Of a DNA stretch of 32,000 nt, positions 19,642 to 27,065 are shown in pieces; within the stretch, counting starts at the first letter, position 1, and every line of letters starts with the position of its first letter. The stretch lies in the NCBI RefSeq assembly GCF_003231495.1, contig NZ_PQWO01000001.1:240001-272000 (forward strand), read 5' to 3'. The notes beneath the pieces are model-generated. The model ran no database searches and was not told the DNA's origin. It saw only the letters and a program-made list of their open reading frames with translations. The DNA comes from Acaryochloris thomasi RCC1774 (GTDB lineage Bacteria > Cyanobacteriota > Cyanobacteriia > Thermosynechococcales > Thermosynechococcaceae). Both the position numbers and the translations under genes were made by a program.

Positions 19642-20190
19642 CTAACTGGTGGCCTGCAGCTCATCTAAGCGCGCTAATATCTCTTTGCTATGCACCGAGG
19701 GTCTGACCTTCACGTAGGTTTCACGCAAGGTACCCTCTGGATCAACGATAAAGGAGTGGCGCATGGAGAAAAAGTTCATCCATGACCCGTAAGCTTTACT
19801 GGCAGAGCCCTCTTCGTCAGCTAATAGAGGAAACTTCAGCCCTTCAGAATCACAAAACTCTGCATGGCTATCAACCGAGTCAACGCTAATGCCGATGATC
19901 TGTGCGTTTTTATCTTGGTATTTCGGTAAGTCCTGCTGGAAGCGCTGGGCTTCAATTGTGCAGCCAGAGGTAAAGTCTTTGGGATAGAAATAGACGACCA
20001 CCCATTGCCCTAAATAATCGGACAATGAAACCTCTCCGTCACCGCTATTGGTCGGCAGCGTAAACTCAGGAGCAGGCTGATTCACAGGCGGCAACTCTCC
20101 ACCCATCGCTAAAACAGGTGCCGTCAGTCCTGACCCCATCAGTAAACCCAACGATAGCAAGAGAGTAAAAAAAGAACGAAGTGGCTTCAT
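19642..20190 (-). CDS. Peroxiredoxin (Bcp/PrxQ-type) with an N-terminal signal peptide
   Basis: The active site is YFYPKDFTSGCTIEAQRF. The N-terminus MKPLRSFFTLLLSLGLLMGSGLTAPVLA is signal-like. Confidence 0.85.
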   Translation of the reverse strand: MKPLRSFFTLLLSLGLLMGSGLTAPVLAMGGELPPVNQPAPEFTLPTNSGDGEVSLSDYLGQWVVVYFYPKDFTSGCTIEAQRFQQDLPKYQDKNAQIIGISVDSVDSHAEFCDSEGLKFPLLADEEGSASKAYGSWMNFFSMRHSFIVDPEGTLRETYVKVRPSVHSKEILARLDELQATS

Positions 20191-20310
20191 AGCAGTAGAG
20201 CAGTTGTGTACACAGACTATGTTACATAGCTTTACACATTGTGGACGGGTTCATTTTGCTTGGCGGCCTACACAACTTGTCTGTCACTGTGGCAATAGGG
20301 CGGGAGAAGC

Positions 20311-21309
20311 TCACGCCGTCTTCATTAATCGCTCTGCAAACAGAGCGGCCCCCATGAGACCTACTTTCGGATTCAGAATGACGGAAACGCGGATTGTTTT
20401 AAGCAGCTTTTCCATCCGGCCTTTGTCTAAAAAGCTGTCAAGGAAAAGCCCGTCCTGTAGCTTTGGCAAAAGTTTAGGCGCGACCCCCCCAGCAATGTAA
20501 AGTCCACCGAAAGGCAAGCTCTTAAGGGCGAGGTTACCGGCTTCGGCGCCATAGGCTGAAACGAAGATTTCTACGGCCTTAGTACAGAGAGGATCGGAAT
20601 TTTTCAAACCATATTGTCCCACCACCGCAGTGGGGTCTTGGGATTCCATTGCGATTTTGACGGCGGCTGATTCTGGGGCGAAATGAGTATCTCTTAAGTA
20701 CTCATAAATGGCATAGATACCTTGGCCGGAGACCACGCGTTCGACGGAAATACGTCCGTGTTTCCCTTGGAGATACTGCAGCAAGCCGATCTCTAACTCA
20801 TTGCGAGCAGGAAAGTCAGTGTGGCCACCTTCAATGGCGAGCACCTGATAGTTTTCCTGTTGCCAAACGAGTAGAGCCTCTCCCAGCCCCGTGCCTGCAC
20901 CAAGGACTGCGATATTGGACTGTGCTTGGATGGGCTGATCTTGAAGCGTCTTTAGATCGTCGTCTTTGAGCGCTAAAATGCCGTATCCGATCGCGGCAAA
21001 GTCGTTCATCAGATGGATGCGGGGAATCTCCAGTGCTTTTTCCATCTGGCGACCATTAAGCTGCCAAGAAAGGTTGGTCAGCTGGCAGGTGTCGTTGAGA
21101 ACTGGACCTGCGATCGCAAGACAAGCGACCTGAGGTCTTTCTCCATCCACGGTGGCTAAAAACGTCTCAATCATCGGGTTGAGATGGTCAAAGTCAGCGC
21201 TGGGGTAGGTCGATTCGGCAAGGGTTTGGGTCGTGTCGCCTTCGACCTGATTGAGGCGCAGGATCGTTTTAGTACCCCCAATATCACCTGCTAAAAGTCG
21301 TATCGCCAT
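20311..21309 (-). CDS. glk: Glucokinase
   Basis: MAIRLLAGDIGGTKTILRL is the ROK/glucokinase N-terminal ATP-binding motif. LGAGTGLGEA and GGLYIAGGVAPKLL are also present. I prefer the ATG at 21309 to the ORF-track start at 21324. Confidence 0.85.
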   Translation of the reverse strand: MAIRLLAGDIGGTKTILRLNQVEGDTTQTLAESTYPSADFDHLNPMIETFLATVDGERPQVACLAIAGPVLNDTCQLTNLSWQLNGRQMEKALEIPRIHLMNDFAAIGYGILALKDDDLKTLQDQPIQAQSNIAVLGAGTGLGEALLVWQQENYQVLAIEGGHTDFPARNELEIGLLQYLQGKHGRISVERVVSGQGIYAIYEYLRDTHFAPESAAVKIAMESQDPTAVVGQYGLKNSDPLCTKAVEIFVSAYGAEAGNLALKSLPFGGLYIAGGVAPKLLPKLQDGLFLDSFLDKGRMEKLLKTIRVSVILNPKVGLMGAALFAERLMKTA

Positions 21310-21430
21310 TATTCTTTGTCGCACCTCATCCTGACTTAAAGGGATTTTGCCTGCTCTTTGGCAATATTCACCCCGGTCAATCGTAACGCTCTAACTTTAA
21401 GAATGACGCCAGAAGAGGCTGAGATTTTAC

Positions 21431-21880
21431 TTAATCGGGTGCCTCGCGCTCAAGGATCAGCGTCACTGGGCCATCGTTTTCAATCTGGACATTCATCATC
21501 GCTCCAAACTGACCCGTTTCGATTTTCAAGCCACTTTGGTTCAGCTTGGCGATAAATTGATCGTATCGCTGCTGCGCCAGCGCTCCTGGTGCTGCGCGAT
21601 CAAAGGAAGGACGCCGACCTTTGCGACAGTCGCCGTAGAGCGTAAATTGGCTAATCACGAGCAGCTCACCTTCAATATCCTGCACAGAGTGAGAGAGCTT
21701 GCCGCCTTCGTCTGGAAAGACTCTCAGTTCAAGACATTTGCGAGCCATCCAGTCGAGTTCTGTTTCTGTATCGCTGGGGGCAATGCCCACTAAAAGAGTT
21801 AAGCCTTGACTGATCTGACCGATCACCGCTCCGGCCACTGCCACGCTGGAAGATTTCACTCGCTGGAGGACAATACGCAT
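21431..21880 (-). CDS. dtd: D-aminoacyl-tRNA deacylase
   Basis: [13 protein letters not shown]...[19 protein letters not shown]...[18 protein letters not shown] is the canonical Dtd layout. Confidence 0.9.
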   Translation of the reverse strand: MRIVLQRVKSSSVAVAGAVIGQISQGLTLLVGIAPSDTETELDWMARKCLELRVFPDEGGKLSHSVQDIEGELLVISQFTLYGDCRKGRRPSFDRAAPGALAQQRYDQFIAKLNQSGLKIETGQFGAMMNVQIENDGPVTLILEREAPD

Positions 21881-21954
21881 TTTAAGATGATTTCAGAGCC
21901 ACAGTTCAATCAGAAGGATACTATGGGCTTTGTCCACTCCGTTACTTCACTTTC

Positions 21955-23553
21955 ATGAGCTACGCGATTGATTTTGGCACCAGTAACACCGTAATTACCC
22001 GCTGGAATCCGGCCACGGAAAAGCCGGAGGTGGTTAGCCTCAGGGGCATCAGTCATCGAGTGGCCCAGAATCCCGACCTGATTCCCAGTTTGGTCTATGT
22101 TGAACAGGCCGCACAGGAACAGGTTTTGATTGGGCAGCAGGTTTGCGATCGCGGTCTCGATATCCAGGCTGATCCGCGCTTCTTTCGCACCTTTAAGCGG
22201 GGGATTGGCTCTGATATCCAGGGTTTCTTGCCGGAGCTAGACGGCCAAACCGTCAGCTTTGAGCAAGTGGGCCGCTGGTTTTTAGTCAACTTAATGCAGC
22301 AGCTCAAGACAAACAATCCTGATGCCGGTGACTCTTTGGTGCTGACAGTCCCGGTGGATAGCTTTGAGACCTACCGGCACTGGTTAGGGGGCGTTTGCCA
22401 AGATTTGGGCGTCGAGCAGGTGCGAATGCTGGATGAACCTACTGCTGCGGCGTTGGGCTATGGCAAGGCCGATCAAGAAACGCTCTTGGTGGTGGATTTT
22501 GGCGGGGGAACGCTGGATCTATCATTGGTGCAGCTTGGCACTGAGAGTCAATCAAAGACCCAGCCGCTAGGCTTTATTCTCAAGTGGGGCGAGAAAAATT
22601 TAGCGGAAACTTCAAACCAGCGTCCGAAGACAGCGCGGGTATTAGCGAAGGCGGGACAGAATTTAGGCGGCACCGATCTTGACAATTGGCTGATGGATCA
22701 CTTTGCAAAGAGTCAGCAGCTACCCGTCACGCCTCTAACCCAAAGGCTAGCGGAACGTCTCAAAATTCAGCTTTCACTCCAGCCCAAAGCCACGGAGGTT
22801 TATTTCAATGAAGAGACCTTTGATAGCTACGAGCTGACCTTAGACCGTTCGCAATTTGAAGAAATCCTCAGGGAACATCAGTTTTTTGACCGACTTGATA
22901 CCAGTATGGAGCAGGTTTTGCAGCAGGCCCGCCGTCAGGGTCTCACGGTCGAGGATATTGATGCGGTGCTGCTCGTGGGCGGCACGAGTTTGATCCCAGC
23001 GGTGCAGACCTGGGTAAAGCAATATTTTGATGAGGGCAAGATTTGCAGCAGTCGGCCCTTTGATGCGATCGCAACCGGCGCACTGCAGGTCACACAAGGG
23101 CTAGAGGTCAAAGACTTCCTCTACCACAGCTACGGCATCCGCTACTGGGACCGGCAAAACAACTGCCATAACTGGCATCCGATCATTCCGGCGGGCTTAC
23201 CGTACCCCATGAATGAGCCGATTGAGATCTCGCTTGGGGCTTCAATGGAAGTACAGCCCAGCATTGAGCTGATTATTGGGGAGCTGGGCGATGCAATGGG
23301 CGGCACGGAGGTCTATTTCGATGGCGACCGTTTGGTCACCCGACAGCTTTCTGAGCAGCAGCAGGTGCAGACGCTTAATGATCGGGAGGGGGCAAGAAGC
23401 ATTGCGGAGCTTAAGCCGCCGGGGTATCCGGGTTGCGATCGCATCAAAGTCTCCTTCCTGGTTGATGAGCAACGGTCACTGCGGCTCAGCGTCGAAGATC
23501 TATTAACCCAAGACACTCTAATGGAGAATCAAGTCGTCGCTCAATTGAGCTAA
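21955..23553 (+). CDS. Hsp70 family (DnaK-like) ATPase lacking a canonical substrate-binding lid
   Basis: The actin-fold phosphate motifs are AIDFGTSNTVI, LDEPTAAALGYG, VVDFGGGTLDLSLV and LLVGGTSLIPAVQ. Confidence 0.8.
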   Translation: MSYAIDFGTSNTVITRWNPATEKPEVVSLRGISHRVAQNPDLIPSLVYVEQAAQEQVLIGQQVCDRGLDIQADPRFFRTFKRGIGSDIQGFLPELDGQTVSFEQVGRWFLVNLMQQLKTNNPDAGDSLVLTVPVDSFETYRHWLGGVCQDLGVEQVRMLDEPTAAALGYGKADQETLLVVDFGGGTLDLSLVQLGTESQSKTQPLGFILKWGEKNLAETSNQRPKTARVLAKAGQNLGGTDLDNWLMDHFAKSQQLPVTPLTQRLAERLKIQLSLQPKATEVYFNEETFDSYELTLDRSQFEEILREHQFFDRLDTSMEQVLQQARRQGLTVEDIDAVLLVGGTSLIPAVQTWVKQYFDEGKICSSRPFDAIATGALQVTQGLEVKDFLYHSYGIRYWDRQNNCHNWHPIIPAGLPYPMNEPIEISLGASMEVQPSIELIIGELGDAMGGTEVYFDGDRLVTRQLSEQQQVQTLNDREGARSIAELKPPGYPGCDRIKVSFLVDEQRSLRLSVEDLLTQDTLMENQVVAQLS

Positions 23554-23642
23554 AGCAATCGCCATCGCAAAACAGATATACAGCGTATTTCATTATTCTT
23601 GCGTACAGTAGCAGTAGTGAGGTTTTGCTGCATTTCTTTGAA

Positions 23643-23828
23643 TCAGGCTAAATCATCCTCAGATAGCTGAGCAATTTTCATCAATGCCTTCAGAGTGCCA
23701 GTTTTGAGATCTTGGTTACGGTGAACAGGAATCGACAGAATCTTCTCTACGTCAAGGTTCTCATAGATGTGATGGCTACCCGTCACTTTGCGCAACAACC
23801 ATCCTCTCTGTTCTACGATCTTGCACAA
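23643..23828 (-). CDS. hicA: HicA family toxin (mRNA interferase)
   Basis: IVEQRGWLLRKVTGSHHIYEN...IPVHRNQDLKTGTLKALMKIAQL is HicA-like. The only canonical start is the TTG at 23828. The conserved upstream in-frame residues (IKSISGKR) begin at an ATA (23852-23850) that overlaps the hicB stop. Confidence 0.7.
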   Translation of the reverse strand: MCKIVEQRGWLLRKVTGSHHIYENLDVEKILSIPVHRNQDLKTGTLKALMKIAQLSEDDLA

Positions 23829-23848
23829 CCGCTTGCCAGAGATAGACT

Positions 23849-24052
23849 TTATACAGCGATTTCAACAATTTGGTCTGTGGGTTCAACTGCATCATGACTG
23901 TTGGCAACGCTGAGCCAGCCTTCAATCGCGTCCGCAAGGTTAGCTTTTACTTCTTCCATTGAGTCCCCTTCCGTTATGCAGCCAGAGAGAGCGGGTACCT
24001 CTGCCCAATAGCCTCCTTCTTCTGCGGGATGAATGATGGCTTTGATTTTCAT
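23849..24052 (-). CDS. hicB: HicB family antitoxin (UPF0150 fold)
   Basis: MKIKAIIHPAEEGGYWAEVPALSGCITEGDSMEEVKANLADAIEGWL is HicB-like. I prefer the ATG at 24052 to the maximal ORF start at 24127. Confidence 0.8.
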   Translation of the reverse strand: MKIKAIIHPAEEGGYWAEVPALSGCITEGDSMEEVKANLADAIEGWLSVANSHDAVEPTDQIVEIAV

Positions 24053-24123
24053 ATGCTGGCTTAGCCGTTTATTGAGAACATATTGGCAATGAAATTTACC
24101 CACGTTGCTGTGATTTCGATTGG

Positions 24124-24282
24124 TCAAGTACTTATTAAGGCTTTGTAGGCTTGACTTCGAGTATAGCCAATCGTCTTTATCGATATCTTTAGTGAAGTGT
24201 CGTAACTCTTGCAGGCAAGATGATGAACAGTCTCAGGCAAGGCATTAAAGCGTTCCCAAAACTGAGGTGTGGTTCGAGGCAC
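24124..24282 (-). pseudogene. Truncated ParE/RelE-like toxin remnant
   Basis: A 52-codon frame opens at GTG: VPRTTPQFWERFNALPETVHHLACKSYD... This matches the N-terminal F..F..LP..V...A.K.Y pattern of small cyanobacterial RelE/ParE-type toxins. Similarity is then lost, and the frame stops just upstream of hicB. Confidence 0.35.
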
Positions 24283-24305
24283 TTACAGATCCTGTCGTGT
24301 GTTCC

Positions 24306-24485
24306 CTAGGCCTTGGCTGCCATGGCCTCTTCCAATAAAAAATCTAGCTTACCGCTAGCGATATCAGCTTCAAGTTGCCGATCCCAGCATATCCAATCTT
24401 TCTGGGCAAACCACTCTCTGATTCGAACAAAGTCTTCCTGAGAAAGCGCCTCGGTTTCAGCTTTGATCTGTTCTACCTGTGTTAT
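24306..24485 (-). pseudogene. Antitoxin-like small ORF without a canonical start codon
   Basis: The frame reads ITQVEQIKAETEALSQEDFVRIREWFAQKDWICWDRQLEADIASGKLDFLLEEAMAAKA then stop. No ATG, GTG or TTG occurs before the last 7 codons. An ATA (24485-24483) sits where a start would be expected. The frame lies directly upstream of the toxin remnant. Confidence 0.4.
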
Positions 24486-24539
24486 GAGGGAGGGTTGCTT
24501 TAAGTGTAGAGGAGCTTTTGTATTTTAGCAGGAGCACCA

Positions 24540-24592
24540 GATCGCAAGGCAGTCTACTCCAATGAAGTATTGTACGTGCCACTGATTAAGTC
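24540..24592 (+). repeat. Inter-cassette repeat, copy A (core only, most diverged)
   Basis: The sequence is gatcgcaaggcagtctactccaatgaagtattgtacgtgccactgattaagtc. It aligns to copies B-D, with about 12 differences from copy D over the 52-nt core. Confidence 0.8.
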
Positions 24593-24684
24593 CTCAGAGG
24601 TAATTGCCTAAAAGAGAGAAGCCAGTTGTCAGTGTTCACAGGAGAACAGCGGAAGGGTGAGAAGTGTCTATCCTGAAGCGATGA

Positions 24685-24882
24685 CTAAAATGCTTTTGGC
24701 AATCCGGCTTGTTTCAGTACCGCATTGGCTGTGTGGCGAGACTTAATGGACTGATCAACGACAAAGCGGTGCTGGGTGATTAGGCTATAGCAGATTTCAT
24801 GATCGCCTTTTCCGCTGCGCTCGAAAGAGCACTCTGCTGCTTTCAGCTTCTTTTTCAGTGCAGGGGTGAACAATTTGGGCAT
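24685..24882 (-). CDS. hicA: HicA family toxin
   Basis: SFERSGKGDHEICYSLITQHRFVVDQSIKSRHTANAVLKQAGL is HicA/YcfA-like. Its ATG immediately follows the upstream gene's TAA (TAAATG junction). Confidence 0.7.
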   Translation of the reverse strand: MPKLFTPALKKKLKAAECSFERSGKGDHEICYSLITQHRFVVDQSIKSRHTANAVLKQAGLPKAF

Positions 24883-25128
24883 TTACACAGTAAGTTGAAT
24901 CAGTTCTTGCCGATGGCTAATTAGCTCAATCTTGATGGCACCTGTGTGATCGCTTGGCAGCAGATGATTCAACTGCAGTAGCTCAGGCACAATAGTCTTT
25001 AGCTTATGGAGTAAAGCCTCTTGAGAGTCAGCTTCAGTCGCAAGTCCAGGAACGTCCTCGCTAGTGGCGGTCCAGACCTGAGCGTCTGAGTCCCAGAATG
25101 CGCCAATTTTGTAGATTTCTTGACTCAT
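24883..25128 (-). CDS. DUF1902-type (HicB-like) antitoxin
   Basis: YKIGAFWDSDAQVWTATSEDVPGLATEADSQEALLHKLKTIVPELLQLN matches the DUF1902 pattern (WD.EA.VW.A.S.D.PGL.TEA...E.L..KL...PELL). Confidence 0.65.
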   Translation of the reverse strand: MSQEIYKIGAFWDSDAQVWTATSEDVPGLATEADSQEALLHKLKTIVPELLQLNHLLPSDHTGAIKIELISHRQELIQLTV

Positions 25129-25231
25129 ATCTATAAATTTAGAGACCTATTAGATAAGGCGTGGCTCCAATATAGCAATGGGGTGATACGGTCTGAGCAG
25201 TATGAGGTTTACAGGGCTACTATTCAGAGAA

Positions 25232-25340
25232 ATCGCAAGTCAGTCTACTCTGCAGCAACATCGTATGTGCCACTGATTAAGTCTTTGAATATAATCACCC
25301 AAACGAGTAGCCAACCTCCAAGGATAGAGCGATGGAGTGG
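25232..25340 (+). repeat. Inter-cassette repeat, copy B (core plus 3' extension)
   Basis: The core atcgcaagtcagtctactctgcagcaacatcgtatgtgccactgattaagtctttgaat has 8 differences from copy D over 52 nt. The extension cgagtagccaacctccaaggatagagcgatggagtgg is shared with copy D. Confidence 0.85.
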
Positions 25341-25382
25341 CGGGCAAGGCTCTCTGCCTCCCCCATACAACTTTCTCCGTGA

Positions 25383-25643
25383 TTAGCTCATTACACTTAA
25401 CTCGTAATGGAGTGCTATAACTTCCTCGGTTTGCAGTACAGCCATTGCATACTCACGACCCTGTAAATCTGTGAACTCCACTAGGTAACGAGGCATGGTC
25501 CCCTCATAAACTTCTACGATAGTTCCTACCTGTCCACTGGGTAAGCTCTCAATAGACTGATAATCTGGCTCTATAAGGGTTAGCCGATCCACTGGAATCG
25601 GATGGAGGTTTGCGATCGTATCTAGAATACCTAGTGCTACCAT
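25383..25643 (-). CDS. DUF4926 domain protein (second gene of a DUF6883-DUF4926 pair)
   Basis: LPSGQVGTIVEVYEGTMPRYLVEFTDLQGREYAMAVL matches the DUF4926 pattern (G..GTIV.VY....YEVEF.D..G). The ATG at 25643 lies 5 nt after the upstream gene's stop. Confidence 0.65.
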   Translation of the reverse strand: MVALGILDTIANLHPIPVDRLTLIEPDYQSIESLPSGQVGTIVEVYEGTMPRYLVEFTDLQGREYAMAVLQTEEVIALHYELSVMS

Positions 25644-25648
25644 TTTCT

Positions 25649-25978
25649 CTACTTGATGAATGCGGAAACTAGACGTGGGTAGGGATTCTCTAAGCTGATT
25701 TCCCAAAGTGTACGCAGGATAACTTGATGGTGATTGGGAACTGACCAATCAACTTTATACAATTGACCAAAATCTGTGTTCGCTTGCTGGATCACTTCTT
25801 CTTCGAGAGCCGTCCTTACAATTAATTCTCGCAAATCCTCCGCATTTTTGGATGTGATACCTAATACGGAGGCGAAAACCCTTGCCTTATGCTTCCCGGA
25901 AGGATGTTCAGAATTCAGACAGTAGCCCTTCAGCTTCTCCATTGGAATTACAGCACGATTACCATTCGGTAACTTCAT
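25649..25978 (-). CDS. DUF6883 domain protein
   Basis: MKLPNGNRAVIPMEKLKGYCLNSEHPSGKHKARVFASVLGI...ILRTLWEISLENPYPRLVSAF matches the DUF6883 family pattern (KL..Y.L...H..GK.KA..F...G ... T.W ... PR.VTAY). Confidence 0.65.
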   Translation of the reverse strand: MKLPNGNRAVIPMEKLKGYCLNSEHPSGKHKARVFASVLGITSKNAEDLRELIVRTALEEEVIQQANTDFGQLYKVDWSVPNHHQVILRTLWEISLENPYPRLVSAFIK

Positions 25979-26198
25979 GATGCTGGCCTTTACCGATAGC
26001 TCTCTAAGTATATTGTGCTAGAAGGCTTAGAAGCTGCCCAATGGCTCAGTTGAGCAGAGACACACTAAATTTAAGAACCGCCATAACGCATAGCAAGCCC
26101 ACTCTAGCGATGCGTTGGGCTTTCCTGCTCACAGATAGCTTCTCGAAGGCTTGCTATGCACTGATCACTCCACCTAGCTATCTTCCGGTTTGAAAGCA

Positions 26199-26274
26199 AT
26201 CTTAAGTCAGTCTATTCCGATGAAATATCGTATGTGCCACTGATTGAGTCTTTGAGGCGATCGCACACAGTAAA
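26199..26274 (+). repeat. Inter-cassette repeat, copy C (core plus HIP1-containing segment)
   Basis: The sequence is atcttaagtcagtctattccgatgaaatatcgtatgtgccactgattgagtctttgaggcgatcgcacacagtaaa. It has 3 differences from copy D over the 52-nt core. Confidence 0.85.
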
Positions 26275-26424
26275 TCAGAAAATTATCAATATCCGCAGAG
26301 GGCGATTGAGTCGTGAGCAATTCTTAATCTACAGCTTCTGCCGATTTGATCATGAGCATGACCAGTTGTCTCCAGAACCGATAATCTTAGTGGAGTTATC
26401 ACCAGTGCAAGGGTCTGTATTTGT

Positions 26425-26763
26425 GTGAACATTCCTGATGATGCTCTAATACCGTTGCCTAAGCTTACGGACTATCTGCTGGTCCTGAAGGAGCAAGATG
26501 ACAAGTCACAATTTCTTGCACAGGCTGGGTTCACGCTTGCAAATCCCGAGGCTTTGATCTCAGCAATCAGACAACTTACGCAACAGACAGTCGCAACCTT
26601 ACAGAAAAGTAATCAGTACGGCAGTTACTATCAAGTGGAAGGGATTCTGAAAGGTCCCAATCGCCAAGTGATTGGAGTTGTTACCATTTGGTTACAGCGT
26701 GCAGATGGACAGGTCCAGTTTGTCACCCTTAAGCCTCGAAAGGAGCGTCCCAATGTCTCTTGA
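26425..26763 (+). CDS. DUF6883-like protein (divergent paralogue)
   Basis: GTG start. MNIPDDALIPLPKLTDYLLVLKEQDDKSQFLAQAGF...YYQVEGILKGPNRQVIGVVTIWLQRADGQVQFVTLKP has the same architecture as 25649-25978, but most residues differ. Confidence 0.6.
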   Translation: MNIPDDALIPLPKLTDYLLVLKEQDDKSQFLAQAGFTLANPEALISAIRQLTQQTVATLQKSNQYGSYYQVEGILKGPNRQVIGVVTIWLQRADGQVQFVTLKPRKERPNVS

Positions 26764-27019
26764 CCTTTATCAGCGGATCACACTGAGCCGAGATATCCCA
26801 GAGGAAGGACTTAAGACGGGTGATGTTGCTTATTTGCTGGATTACGTTCCCCATCTTCAGGGCGGGGAGTTGGGTTGCGTGTTGGAAGTTTTCAATGCTG
26901 TGGGAGAGTCAATCTCTGTACTTACGGTGCCAGAATCAGCGATCCAACCATTGCGACCTGATGAAATCTTGAGTGCTAGAGCTTTGGTTCCGACGACCGA
27001 GGCAAAAGCGAGCGGCTGA
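26753..27019 (+). CDS. DUF4926 domain protein (divergent paralogue)
   Basis: MSLDLYQRITLSRDIPEEGLKTGDVAYLLDYVPHLQGGELGCVLEVFNAVGESISVLTV is DUF4926-like. The ATG at 26753 overlaps the upstream gene's end by 11 nt. Confidence 0.65.
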   Translation: MSLDLYQRITLSRDIPEEGLKTGDVAYLLDYVPHLQGGELGCVLEVFNAVGESISVLTVPESAIQPLRPDEILSARALVPTTEAKASG

Positions 27020-27065
27020 TGCCGAAGCGGTAAACATCTTTGTGTCCTGTCCGTTGTAAAGAGAG

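Noticed and set aside
20204-20500. The 98-aa plus-strand ORF between prx and glk.
   Set aside because: Most of it is antisense to the glk 3' end, and it has no motifs. It is likely spurious.
23552-23632. Possible degenerate fifth repeat copy right after the Hsp70-like stop. It shares aaagcaatc with the left flank of copy C, then atcgcaa..cag..tac, and ends in ttctttgaat.
   Set aside because: It is about 20 nt longer than the core, and most of the interior does not align. The matches are short enough to be chance. It is worth testing with a profile but cannot be supported by eye.
25120-25386. The 88-aa ORF on the plus strand spanning repeat copy B, the similar 64-aa ORF at 26234-26428 spanning copy C, and the apparently conservative substitutions when the core is translated (KSVYSDEISYIPLIESL versus KAVYSNEVLYVPLIKSS).
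   Set aside because: Reading frames are not preserved between copies. A 7-nt length difference separates B from D, and stops fall at different places in A and D. No copy has a credible start with upstream context. The minus strand gives equally conservative-looking peptides, so the signal is not specific for coding.
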